Below are positions 24,759 through 36,129 of a DNA stretch of 53,390 nucleotides, piece by piece (the stretch's first letter is position 1; the number at the start of each line of letters is the position of its first letter). The translations under genes were made by a program, and so were the position numbers. The DNA lies in contig JAUCBJ010000489.1 in the NCBI GenBank assembly GCA_032718475.1, positions 1 through 53,390 on the forward strand. Direction: 5' to 3'. The notes beneath the pieces are model-generated. The model saw only the letters and a list, made by a program, of their open reading frames with translations. It did no database searches and had not been told where the DNA came from. This DNA comes from Nemertoderma westbladi. Taxonomy: Eukaryota; Animalia; Xenacoelomorpha.

Positions 24759-26159
24759 AGATCCGCTAACAGTCACATGTATAATCTTTTATACCTTCCA
24801 GTAAGGTCCTTTGGGGTCGAACTAAACAAGATCATCCCAGCGAACTGAGGTTGTGTATAAAGATCGATATAGTATAGTTAGTAATTAGTAACTCTTTTAC
24901 ACACGCGACTTGTCTATAACTATAGAAATAGTTATAGATTATGTACAATGGTGAGAAGTAATGAACAATGTGTGAGCAAAAATGTGTTCGCATATAATGG
25001 AACCAACTATATGTGAAACGATGATACTAAAATGATGTTCATAATTTATGCATAAATATGAAACTTTATCTGATTCACATGCTCTAGTGATAGAGAATGT
25101 GAATTGGATCACTATCTCTTCGTATGGGGAATTGATCTTATATGTTTATCAGAACCTCAACAATGTATAAATCTGAGAATCAGTTCTTTAACAATACCCA
25201 CGAGAGCTAAATCGAGTCCGCAGTGAAGGTATAACGATAAAGAGAGTACTGCAGATATTACATAGTACCAGTAGTGTTACACTGCGGTATCTATATGCTA
25301 TACTCCATGTACAGAGATGATACCATATATCATATCCATACCTTAATACCATATATACCAATACCATATCTTAAGGTGGTGGGAATAGGGTCGTGTCCCC
25401 AAGGAAAATTATTATATTTCACAATAATTGTAAGAGTCTTGTTATGCACTGAGGATATGCATATGAAATGAAATCTCTAACTTGGATAAGATTGGAATTC
25501 TGAATATGAAATCGAATATTGATTCTGATTCTTGCAATGATATGCATGTATATGCAATTGTAAATAATTAATCTGGATTGGCCTATACCATCAGACAATT
25601 ATTGTACACCCTGAGGTGTTATACTTAGGAGGATTCCATTATTGAGTACCTAACCCTGGAGGATACTGACAGCACCCGTATTAACAATGGACTCTTCGAG
25701 TTAATCAAAAATTGGTAGATTGAACGTAAAATAATACCCTGGGGAAATACCAAATGTTCAGTAATGAACAAAATTAATGAAGTTGGATATTTTGTCTGTG
25801 AAAACTCTGGGGCTCTATAAAAATCGACGTACCAACATTAGGCCTTTAGGAAATGTATCTGATTTTATTTCATGCAAATATATGCATGCATGCAAATATA
25901 CATTTCCATAACAAATTGAAATTCCGAGGAATACACAACACCATCAAAACCAAAATCTCAAATTTCAACTTTGCAACGGCCACAAGAATACCTCAACTAT
26001 AGATTTGCCATGAAGATAAATAGGTGGAGTGATAAAAATAAATATCGATTGTAAATAATAATGCACTACCTCTCAAAAGATGGTAATGCACAAATGATTC
26101 TTATTGCTCCCAGAATCACTGGTCCTAATTTTGTCGACCCCAGTGGATGAAAGGCTTAT

Positions 26160-26232
26160 GGAATCTGGCAGGGCTGGAACCTACAACCAATAGATTGCAT
26201 GCTCGGCGTCCAACCAACTCAGCTACCCAGCC
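26160..26232 (-). repeat. tRNA-derived (SINE-head-like) sequence
   Basis: Minus strand GGCTGGGTAGCTGAGTTGGTT...TGCAAT...GTAGGTTCCAGCCCTGC has A- and B-box-like motifs but poor acceptor and anticodon stems. Confidence 0.55.
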
Positions 26233-26521
26233 TTTAGGACTTAAAATGGGGCATTTTGGTGATGACAAAATTCTAAGACACATATTGCATCTCATTCGAA
26301 CTACAATCATCGATATAGTGGATTATGTGACTCATAGCCCACTTCATAATAATTTCTTAAATATTTTTACTAATATTTACTGAATCTCATTTACCGCGCA
26401 TTGGTATTTATTATCTATTGCAGTCTTTCTTAGTTACACCGAAAAATTGAATTAAAAATATTAAATATAATTCGTAACAATTTTAATAACTAGTAAAACA
26501 TAAAGGAATTATTTCAGGCAA

Positions 26522-26894
26522 TTACAAATCGTCTCTAGTTTCTGGGAATCCCAATCGCTTTGCTTTCAGTTCGTCCATCGCACAACGGAAACCAACATTG
26601 TGGAAGGATTCAGCCGGTTTCGCTCCTTTCCTGGAGGTTATCCGTATCAGCTGGTTGACCTTGCCGTCGTAGGAATCCAGGTAGGAGCCCCCGCGTAGCA
26701 CGTACATATCCTTCTGCATACGGAGCGGTATGTCCTGTTCCCGGAATATCGACGAGGTCCACTCCCAGGTGTTACCGAGTAGATCGAACAGACCGTATTG
26801 GTTCTGCTGTTTATAATGATCCACTGGGGATAGACCTAGGTAGCCGTCCGCCAGAGTATTGTTGTGGGGGAAGGGACCCTGCCAGAGGTTGGTC
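26522..26894 (-). CDS. SUMF2: SUMF2-like (FGE-sulfatase domain) last exon
   Basis: ctttag acceptor, then TNLWQGPFPHNNTLADGY...NQYGLFDLLGNTWEWT...VLRGGSYLD...NVGFRCA. Lacks the SUMF1 CxxxxC motif; ends in RDDL (KDEL-like). Confidence 0.85.
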
Positions 26895-27653
26895 CTAAAG
26901 AAATATTATTATTATTTGTTTAATACAAACACAATAAATAACTTTGGATTCAACGCAATTGTATTCACAGAAAGTCGGTACAATGGATAAAAGATTTATG
27001 AAAGGGAACATAAAGTCCGGGTACATACTGTCAATCTACCGCAGAACATGTTAATAAGACATTCACAAATTAATTGTTTTTATAAAATTAAAATACAATT
27101 TCAAAGTTTTTATAAAAATTATTAAATTATAAATATTTACGCATAGGAAATGATTATGATACATTATCATTTGTCGGGTGAGGGGGCGTGTAATAATATG
27201 AATTTTAAAATTTAATATTCCAAGGATTTCGAATAACTTCTTAAGTAATATAATATATATCGTCAAAATAGCAGAGCACATTAATTATGTATAAAATTCA
27301 ATAACCTAATAACACCCCAACGCACCTTATATGGAACATGGCTGTAACTTCTAAACAACCAATGCAATGGGGTCCTATATAACTTATGTAAAAACTTATA
27401 AAGTTTGTGTTATAAATTATGGAGTTTGTGGAGACTGGAGAATGAATGCCTTTCCAAAAAATTTAGAAAAAAATATGTGCTCTAATGCCCAACGCACCTT
27501 AAATGGAACATAGCTGTAACTTCTGAACAAACACTTTTATTGCAAAAGTGTAAAAGTAAAGTTTTTTTATTGGGCCATTTTGAGTTAGTTTCCAAAATAT
27601 GAAACATTTTTGACATGGAGAAGTAGGGGTGGGCGTTAGACGGTTAATCAAAC

Positions 27654-27816
27654 CTGTTAGTTTTCGGGTTAGATCCCCAAGGATACGGGAGTTCTTCTTT
27701 GCCACCCCTGGCTGCACATTCCCATTCCAACTCACTGGGTAACCTCTTCTTCATCCAGGAACAATAGGCCAGAGCGTCGTTCCAAGTTATATGAACAACC
27801 GGTTCCTTCATGCGAC
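27654..27816 (-). CDS. SUMF2: SUMF2-like penultimate exon
   Basis: cag acceptor; [38 protein letters not shown]...YPWG; AG|gt donor in phase with the last exon (AG+G = Arg). Confidence 0.85.
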
Positions 27817-28213
27817 CTGATCGAAAATACAAACAATAAGTTATTGACACTGATTTACCGCGCGATGATGGATGCATTAGCAAATTACTGGTCTCTCGGG
27901 GATAGTTTTTGTACCAATACATCTACTGTACTTGGGAAGGAATACACTCCACCACAACAGATAAATTCTCAACTGACCAAAACGCACAGAGTTGAGAAAA
28001 GACGCAGTTGAGGCACAGAAACCATTGTTTTCTGAACCTAAACAGTTTCCCAAATATTACTTTAAATTTGGATACAGACACTTCATTTCATTTCATTTGT
28101 TTTTTTTATCATTTAAAATGATATTGTTTAATATACAGGCACAGATATGGCTGAAGTAAAAAAGGCTGAAGGAGCCTGAATAAATTAGAGTTCATGGAAC
28201 CTTAACCCTAACC

Positions 28214-29420
28214 TTATTCAGTAATACGCCTATGTTTGGTAGTGAAACCTGATTGACTTGAGTCATAACAACCTCTAATAAAGTCCGCATTGATTTTGTC
28301 CGTAGTAGTAGGATGGCCATGCGAGATTACATTTCTTAGGGTCCGTCTGTCATACCTGTGTCCGAGGAGGGAAATTATGGAAGGCAGGGGGTGGTCCATG
28401 GCAGCTCGTCTGTAAGTATTTCCCAAGCCTACATAATATTTCTTTCCATTCTTCCATATTAGAGCAAGGCGGGTCGACTGTTGCAATTTTTACATACCAT
28501 CCAACTTAGAGAAGGCCGCGGATGATTTTGGTGCTCAAACTCAAGCATTCGCTTTGAGATTGGTTTCCAATTAAGAATTTGATGTAATATAATAAATATC
28601 GTTTGCACAGCGATTCCATTCCATGCTTTAAAGATAGTGTCAACTTTATACCACCTCACTGTTCATCAATTCTTATGGAAGGCATTATTGGATATTGCAG
28701 ATATAATTTGTATAATTTGGGAGTAAGCACTCATTGGGTTACTGTGAAATGTTTGACCCAGTGAGTGGGCTTCTGGAATGAGGGTCCCGTCAGATTCCAT
28801 GTTTAGTGGTCAATACACAGTACGATTTGCTGCAACTAAAATCCAGTTAAAATTGGTAGGTTCCATTTTTAGGTTTACCCTGTCCATTTCTGCTTTGAAT
28901 ATCGCTTTGAATAATCAGTTTTAATATTTCTTCTTTGCTGCATCCAAGACGGAGTACATCACCCGCATAGCAGATTGCACCCATCCATATATGGAGTATA
29001 ACCTGCACCGTAGATTACTAATTTTCCAGTTTCCCAATTGAATCTTTGAGGTATAGGTTGTAGAATATGGGTGAGAGCAGAGACCCTTGTTTAACTTCAA
29101 GTGTGGTATGAATGCCTTTTTCCAACACCGAATCACGAAATTTAAAAAATAACGTACTGGTACTGTAATAGTGAATTAATGAGAGGCAATGAAGGGATAG
29201 GTTGGTACATAAATACTGATTGACGAGTTTGCCTATGCATCTCCAGGCACTGCATCACCATGGCAACCACAAGGTCTGCACCAACTCCTTTTTGGTATCC
29301 ATACTGTGAGGTGTGGGGATCTATGTTTTGGCATGATGTAGTTCTTAAGAAGTACCGCTTTGGGGTTCATAAAAAGGTGTTGAGTATAAAACGCATTACA
29401 TCTGATTTCATGGTTTTGGG
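28214..29420 (-). pseudogene. Highly degraded non-LTR (LINE) reverse transcriptase fragment
   Basis: Manual translation across frames gives QYGYQKGVG, EVKQGSLLSPIFYNLY and ICYAGDVL (degenerate YADD). Confidence 0.7.
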
Positions 29421-29429
29421 GGAAAGTGG

Positions 29430-30830
29430 CGCTGTACCTTACTTCACCTGCGCCCTTGCTTTACACTGTACCTTGCTCCACCTGCGTCCTTGCTGTACGC
29501 TCTACCTTGTTGCACCTGCGTCCTTGCTGTACGCTGTACCTTGCTCCACCTGCGTCCTTGCTGTACGCTCTACCTTGTTGCACCTGCGTCCTTGCTGTAC
29601 GCTGTACCTTGCTCCACCTGCGTCCTTGCTGTACGCTCTACCTTGTTGCACATGCGTCCTTGCTGTACGCTCTACCTTGTTGCACCTGCGTCGTTGCTTT
29701 ACGCTCTACCTTGTTGCACCTGCATCCTTGATGTACGCTGTACCTTGTTGCACCTGCGTCCTTGCTTTACGCTGTACCTTGCTCCACCTGCGTCTTTGCT
29801 GTACGATGTACCTTGCTCCACCTGCGTCCTTGCTTTACGCTCTACCTTGTTGCACCTGCATCCTTGATGTACGCTGTACCTTGTTGCACCTGCGTCCTTG
29901 CTTTACGCTGTACCTTGTTGCACCTGCGTCCTTGCTTTACGCTGTACCTTGCTCCACCTGCGTCCTTGCTGTACGCTCTACCTTGTTGCACCTGCGTCCT
30001 TGCTGTGCGCTGTACCTTGCTGCACCTGCGTCCTTGTTGTGCGCTGTACCTTGCAGCACCTGCGGGCTTGTTGTGCGCTGTACCTTGCTGCACCTGCGTC
30101 CTTGCTGTACGCCCTACCTTGCTGCACCTGCGTCCTTGCTGTGCGCTGTACCTTGCTGCACCTGCGTCCTTGTTGTGCGCTGTACCTTGCAGCACCTGCG
30201 GGCTTGTTGTGCGCTGTACCTTGCTGCACCTGCATCCTTGCTGTGCGCTGAACCTTGTACGCTGTACCTTGCAGCATTTGCGTCCTTGCTGTACGCTGTA
30301 CCTTGCTGCACCTGCGTCCTTGTTGTGCGCTGTACCTTGCTGCACCTGCGTCCTTGCTGTACGCCCTACCTTGCTGCACCTGCGTCCTTGCTGTGCGCTG
30401 TACCTTGCTGCACCTGCATCCTTGCTGTGCGCTGTACCTTGCTGCACCTGCGTCCTTGCTGTACCCTTTACCTTGTTGCACCTGCGTCATTGCTGTGCGC
30501 TGTACCTTGTACGCTGTACCTTGCTGCACCTGCGTCCTTGTTGTGCGCTGTACCTTGCAGCACCTGCGGGCTTGTTGTGCGCTGTACCTTGCTGCACCTG
30601 CATCCTTGCTGTGCGCTGAACCTTGTACGCTGTACCTTGCAGCATTTGCGTCCTTGCTGTACGCTGTACCTTGCTACAGCTGCCACCTTGCTGCTGCACC
30701 TGTGTCCTTGCTGTGCGCTGTACATTGCTGCACCTGCGTCCTTGTTGTGCGCTGTACCTTGCTGCACCTGCGTCCTTGTTGTGCGCTGTACCTTGCAGCA
30801 CCTGCGTCCTTGTTGTGTGCTGTACCTTGT
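29430..30830. repeat. 34-bp minisatellite, ~40 units
   Basis: Unit CCTGCGTCCTTGCTGTACGCTGTACCTTGCTGCA; explains all overlapping Cys/Leu-rich ORFs. Confidence 0.95.
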
Positions 30831-30919
30831 ATTACACCATATTTCAATCAATTTATATTTTTTCTTGGTTTATTTGATTATGAACTCAATTATCCAGTGA
30901 AATTTCTTAGTTTAAAAAA

Positions 30920-31080
30920 GGGTCAGTACAGAACAAACACCCAAGACCCAAAGACACAAGACCTGTACAAAACAAAGAGGTAAAATCGCGTTAGGTCCCA
31001 ATGCCATTAGGAGCAGGTTACAGAGGCGTATTGTGGGAACCAAAACAATAAACGAAAGTTAACTCATGTGTTTTGTTCAC
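30920..31080. repeat. Fragment of the MITE family at 23960-24295
   Basis: GGAGCAGGTTACAGAGGCGT...CCAAAACAATAAACGAAAGTTAAC and CGCGTTAGGTCCCAA are reverse-complement matches. Confidence 0.6.
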
Positions 31081-32040
31081 AGCAAACCAAACCTCGCGTC
31101 TAATTACTATTCCAATGACTAGCGATTCATTGAACTATGCATTTACATAGTTACCAATTTCGTTTCCAGAGCAACGGAATTTGTCTAATCATTTAATCAG
31201 TTTCATATTACCATTTAGATGGTACAATATTATAGAAAACTTATAAACCAAAATTGTCGACAAAACGAGGGAATTTAACACATCCCGTCAGATTTGTCGA
31301 CCTCAAAACCCTCGTTCCCAAAAGTCATAAACTATTGTGGTTTTTAAACTTTTGTTTCTGTTTCGTTTTTAAACGTTTTAAATTAATTAATTGCACCTAA
31401 AATCAATAGAACAATCCCTATTTCATTATGTGTAAATCTCCGTAAAGATTTGTTGAAATTTATTAAATTTCCTTGTAGTGAAATTGTCTAATTTTTAGCA
31501 CTCAGTCAGTTGCCATAATATATATAATTTTTATTATATGGGGCAGTTCTAGTTCCCGAGATACCGGCGTAGCAAATAATGTGATGCGTTGTCACTGTAA
31601 ATCTTATTCCATTCGCATTGAATCACAGCTTATTAATAAAACTATTCTGGAACATCACTATTCGGATCCTTATTCTCCCTTATTCTGCCTTTTGTCTGTC
31701 TTGAATTTTGCCTTTTTTTTTTAGAATTTCCAGCAATATATATATGATCCACCCTATATAGGTTTTGGAGCTTGGTGCATGTGCATCTATATATCCATAG
31801 TTACTCACAAAAAAACTTTTAGCACTTTTGTCACTTTTTCCACGATTTTTTCACTAAGCAACTCCAATTGTAGAACGCACAATGCAATAAATATGTAGCT
31901 CATAAAATAATTTCTATGTAGAAGTTAATAATGCTTCTACAGTATGCTTGTAGCATCACAGCTACTAGAAGTACAATCAAAATCTTCGATTAGTGCATAG
32001 AGATTCATTTATAACTACAGAATTTTCCTTCGACTCTCAC

Positions 32041-32112
32041 GCCTGGATAGTATAGTGGTTAGTACTTTGCGTTGTGGCCGCAAAAACCCCGGCTCGAATC
32101 CGGGTCCAGGCA
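32041..32112 (+). tRNA. tRNA-His: tRNA-His(GTG)
   Basis: 72 nt. Acceptor GCCTGGA/TCCAGGC, anticodon arm TTGCG-TTGTGGC-CGCAA, T arm CCCGG/CCGGG, T6 terminator just downstream. T-loop reads CTCGAAT. Confidence 0.88.
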
Positions 32113-32729
32113 ATGTTTTTTCGTCAGCGATAATACAATTATTTCGTTGTATTTCCTTTTTATAATAATTTATTATTAAAACTTTTAACGATTCGAAAAA
32201 ATATTCGATAATATTTTAATTTCATAACCTAACCGGAATGATGAGATTCCTGTAAATGATTCAAAAAGAGGCAAACAATTGCAATTAAATGTTATAAAAT
32301 GCAAAGTTGATTCTACCGTTCCGCGTCGCGTTTAGAATAAATATCGTGTTGTTATTTCACTCGCTGTCGCTCGGGAAACAAAATCACTAGTGTAGTGCCG
32401 TAACTAAAGTGATATTGTATGAACAATGACGTATATAGTTAGTCTTCATGTCTCTCCTCACCTGTAATGTTTGACTCGCGACCCTCAGGGTGTCTGTAAT
32501 CTGCACCGTAAACTTTCACCAGATATTCCTCACCATTCTTCCGTTCCACTATATATTCTTCCTCCCTGTATTTCCTCCCTTTTCGTTTTCCGGTCGGTTT
32601 TAAAATTGTTTCTGAAACTGAATATGAAAGGAAACCAACTTATAAGAGATACTTTACTATGTAGGCCTACTGTACTGCGCAAATACATTAATTATTTTTG
32701 GAATGAAATGGAATAAATACTTGGGTATC

Positions 32730-33316
32730 TCCGGGAGTGGAGAGTTGGTAGGGCGGGTTGAGGGTCGCCAAGTCCCTCAACAACACCACTTTCCTCAGGA
32801 GTGTGGGAGAGGTTAATTGGTTCAGCAAAAGAGACAAATAATAGCGGTTACACGGAACATATGTCATAAAGAAGACACACTAGCAACAATGAATAGTGGG
32901 CCTATATGCGCCGATAGTGATGACCCGGAGTCATATGAGGTACTTATGAGGTAGCTACGCCGAGCCACCAGCTACTGCGTAGGCCTGTACAGGTACTGAC
33001 ACGGTAGTTATTTGATGACAGAGATTCCTAGTCCAAACGGACGTGGAAAGTAGCTCAGAAAGTTTCAAGATTATTCTGTAAGAGGTAGAGTAGTATAACT
33101 ACTCTACATAAAATACAGAAATTGCGTACCGGGAAACGAGACCTCAGAGTATACGACGTGGTGTTGGTAACGAACTATACTAAAGAAGTTCAATTGGATA
33201 CTCGCAAGAGTAGTGTAACGAAACTAAGAAGAGACGGACACATCAGGACAGTAGAACTGAGAACTGTGAAGAGAGACAAGAAAACCATTCTGAGACCAAT
33301 AAACAAAATCAATTAA
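32730..33316 (+). pseudogene. Degraded BEL/Pao integrase C-terminus (DUF5641-like)
   Basis: RDLRVYDVVLV...DGHIRTVELRT...LRPINKI is typical of the BEL pol end; the upstream part is broken. Confidence 0.7.
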
Positions 33317-33690
33317 AGTCAAATAAAGTGATAAAGTAGGAAAATAAAGTATGATATTTAAATTAGGCCATATGATATTAGTGAGTGTAGATCTACATCA
33401 AATATCACCAAATCCTTATCGGTGTATTTGACTTAGTTGGGAGTTATTGGTTAGTACGTTGTCCACAATGTAGTTTAAGATGACTATGTTTGGTGTATTG
33501 GTGAGGTACATAAGAAGACTAGTTGATATCAGTAACAATATAGCATACATTCCAAGTCACAAAACCATTATTATTCACGACACTTCCTCTGGGGTCCATC
33601 CACAGCGCTCGACAGGTTAATCCGACAGCAAACTCCTGGCCGAACTCGAGTGTAAGTGAGAGACGGGAGGTAGATATTCAACGAGAGATA

Positions 33691-34186
33691 AGGCCCGTTT
33701 CCGCGCTGCTTTTTTTTTAGCTTTATTTCAAGCTTTTTTTTAGTTAAAACAATTTCTAGAAATTAATTGCTTCAAGATGAATCTGAGAATTTTGGAATGT
33801 TAAAATCTAAAATATAGAATAAAGTTGGAAAAAAAGCTGGTAATAAAGCTTGAAAAAAAAAGCTCAAAAAAAGCTCGAAAAACAGCTCAAAAAAAAGCTA
33901 GAAAAACAGCTCAAAAATAGCTGGGTCGAATATTATAATTATCTAATTTTTGAACATTCCTATTATATATTCATTTTAACTGAACGTTAGAAAAGGCAAA
34001 ACAAGCTTGAAAAAAGCTCAAAAAAGCTTGAACAAAAGCTCAAAAAACAGCTTAAACAAATCTCTATAAAAAGCTAGAAAAAAGGCTAAAAAAAAGCTAG
34101 AAATATATTTAAAAAAAACCTAGAAATGCAGCTCAAAAAAAAATCTCAGAATACCTCACATAAAAAAGCAGCGGGGAAACGGGCCT
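33691..34186. mobile_element. Harbinger-like MITE with internal AAAAAGCT repeats
   Basis: TIR AGGCCCGTTTCC.CGCTGCTTTTTT / AAAAAAGCAGCGGGGAAACGGGCCT; TSD not clean. Confidence 0.7.
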
Positions 34187-34350
34187 CCAGGAATGAGCTT
34201 AGTACGATTTCGACTTCTCACCTCTGCCGAAATCTACTAACATTATTCTAGAATATGATTTAATATTTAGCTGAGTTATTAAAACTCTCCATTCTTAATT
34301 ACTAATTATTATTAATAGTTTGTATAGTTTGTATAGTTAATAGTTTGTAT

Positions 34351-34924
34351 CCCACACCCTTGCGTGTGTGGCGCTGCCGTAGACTCATCAGCTCTACATG
34401 CTTTCACCTGCAACCACATTAAGAGCCGCCATCAACGTCACAGGCTCGGGAATGATGCAATTCATCGGGCACTTGCGTCTGCAGAGATTTCTAGCACGTT
34501 AGAACCTGTTGGAATGTGTAGAAGTGATGGTAAGAGACCGGACGGGGCCACATTGCTCCCATGGGTGAGAGGCAAGCCTCTTATTTGGGACTTTACCTGC
34601 GTCCACCGCCAGGCTCCCTCTTACTCCCAAACAGCACTCCTAGATGGTCCTACTGTAGCAGACATGGCTGAAGATAGGAAACTAATGAAATATAGCGAAC
34701 TCTCACGTAATTATATAATTCAACCTGTAGAAGTCGAATCACTGGGCAGTCTTGGTACCTCTACGATAGCATTCATCCGTGAGCTAGGGCACCGTATACA
34801 GAAGGTATCTGGCAACAAAAAATCGATTGAACACCTCCGTCAACGTTTAGGGGTTTGTATCCAGGTCGGTAATGCTGCATGCGTCAAAGAGTCCTTTGCT
34901 GCACATTCCGAGTCTTTTAGATAA
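34351..34924 (+). mobile_element. 5'-truncated RLE-type (CRE-like) non-LTR retrotransposon: zinc finger plus restriction-like endonuclease
   Basis: CVCG...HAFTC (CCHC), RH..GND, KRPDG, IWDFTCVH, KLMKY and QRLGVCIQVGNA. Confidence 0.8.
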
Positions 34925-35333
34925 ATTTTATTTAAATAGTGTCAGAGGAATCTAGCGTAAAAGCTAACGGGTCATTATTATTATATAATAAAAGATTAAT
35001 ATTTATAGATTAATATTTTAGTTCGGGGGGGGGGGGGGGGGGGTGGGCATAGAAATCAAATCGTCAGACTTTGTGCGTCATCCTTTGCCTAAAATGAAAT
35101 TCCGACTACTCTTTTACTTTGGTGGAATTAAACAAAAAATGTACCTTAGTGCATCTAATGTAGGCCTGCCCGTGGTTATTAAGTAGACAGGTTTCGTAAT
35201 CGACCAAAAAAATTACTTATTTATCTTGTGATTTATGTCCACTTTCCTCTTTCATTTGGCCTTGTGTTGACCACTTGTCACCCTTACAGACTTATATAGA
35301 AATATAAGTAAAGTAGTACAGTAGATACGAGAA

Positions 35334-35427
35334 ATTGCAGAACTGCGTTACATTGCAGAAATGAGTTACATTGCAGAACTGAGTTACATTGCAGAACTGA
35401 GTTACATTGCAGAACTGAGTTACATTG
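35334..35427. repeat. 18-bp tandem repeat
   Basis: TTGCAGAACTGAGTTACA, ~5 copies. Confidence 0.85.
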
Positions 35428-36129
35428 GAACATTTCTGATGCGGGACGAACTACATAAGTCCAGGAGAGGCTTACCGTAGGGGTATAATTAGTGGACACG
35501 TCAGTCATTGTCGTTGTCATCGTGGACGAATTTATTTGAACGCTTATAAGTCGGTCAATCTTCGAAGAAATTAAACAAAAATTTGTACACATGTAGTCTA
35601 TGAAAAGTTTCGAAATTCTACACAGACAGGCTTATATAGTTCTTCTGTCAACCGCTAGCGGGCGAAAGTCTAAGTCCAATAATTGTACCTCTACACAAAA
35701 TCCCATCTGGACTTGCGTGTAGACGAAGTGCCCACGTACGTGTTTAGACAACATACAGTTATGTTATGTTATATTCGAGATTGGAAAACATGCGCTGTGT
35801 GTTATTAAAATCAATTAATCATCGCACATTAAAATCAATGAGAATTAAATTAATTTATTAGTGGTGTTATGGGTGAATGAGTGGTTTCATATTATTAGAA
35901 CTTTATGTTGGGCACAGTTTTTGCAAAGTTGGAAATGACGTCCACGTGGGATCGATCTGGAGACCTCCGGGTTGCCATTGCCGATTTTGCAAAAAACTGT
36001 GCCCAACAAAAGTTATAATAAGTCAATTAATGGATGGTAACAAAACTAAGACTACAGTGTTCACAATACCTAACAAAATACGATTATAAAGTGCAGTATG
36101 AATAAATTACAGTGTGACTGTCCGGTGAT

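Noticed and set aside
24300-25800. Possible decayed coding sequence
   Set aside because: No sustained frame or recognisable motif.
26522-26894. SUMF1 (active FGE) assignment
   Set aside because: The catalytic CxxxxC motif is replaced by a SUMF2-type sequence.
29260-30983. 546-aa Cys-rich ORF and overlapping ORFs; CRISPR-like appearance
   Set aside because: A stop-poor 34-bp minisatellite with no unique spacers and no cas genes.
15923-33316. gag and the integrase remnant as one BEL element
   Set aside because: The remnant is far more decayed than the intact gag, host exons lie between them, and no matching 3' LTR was seen.
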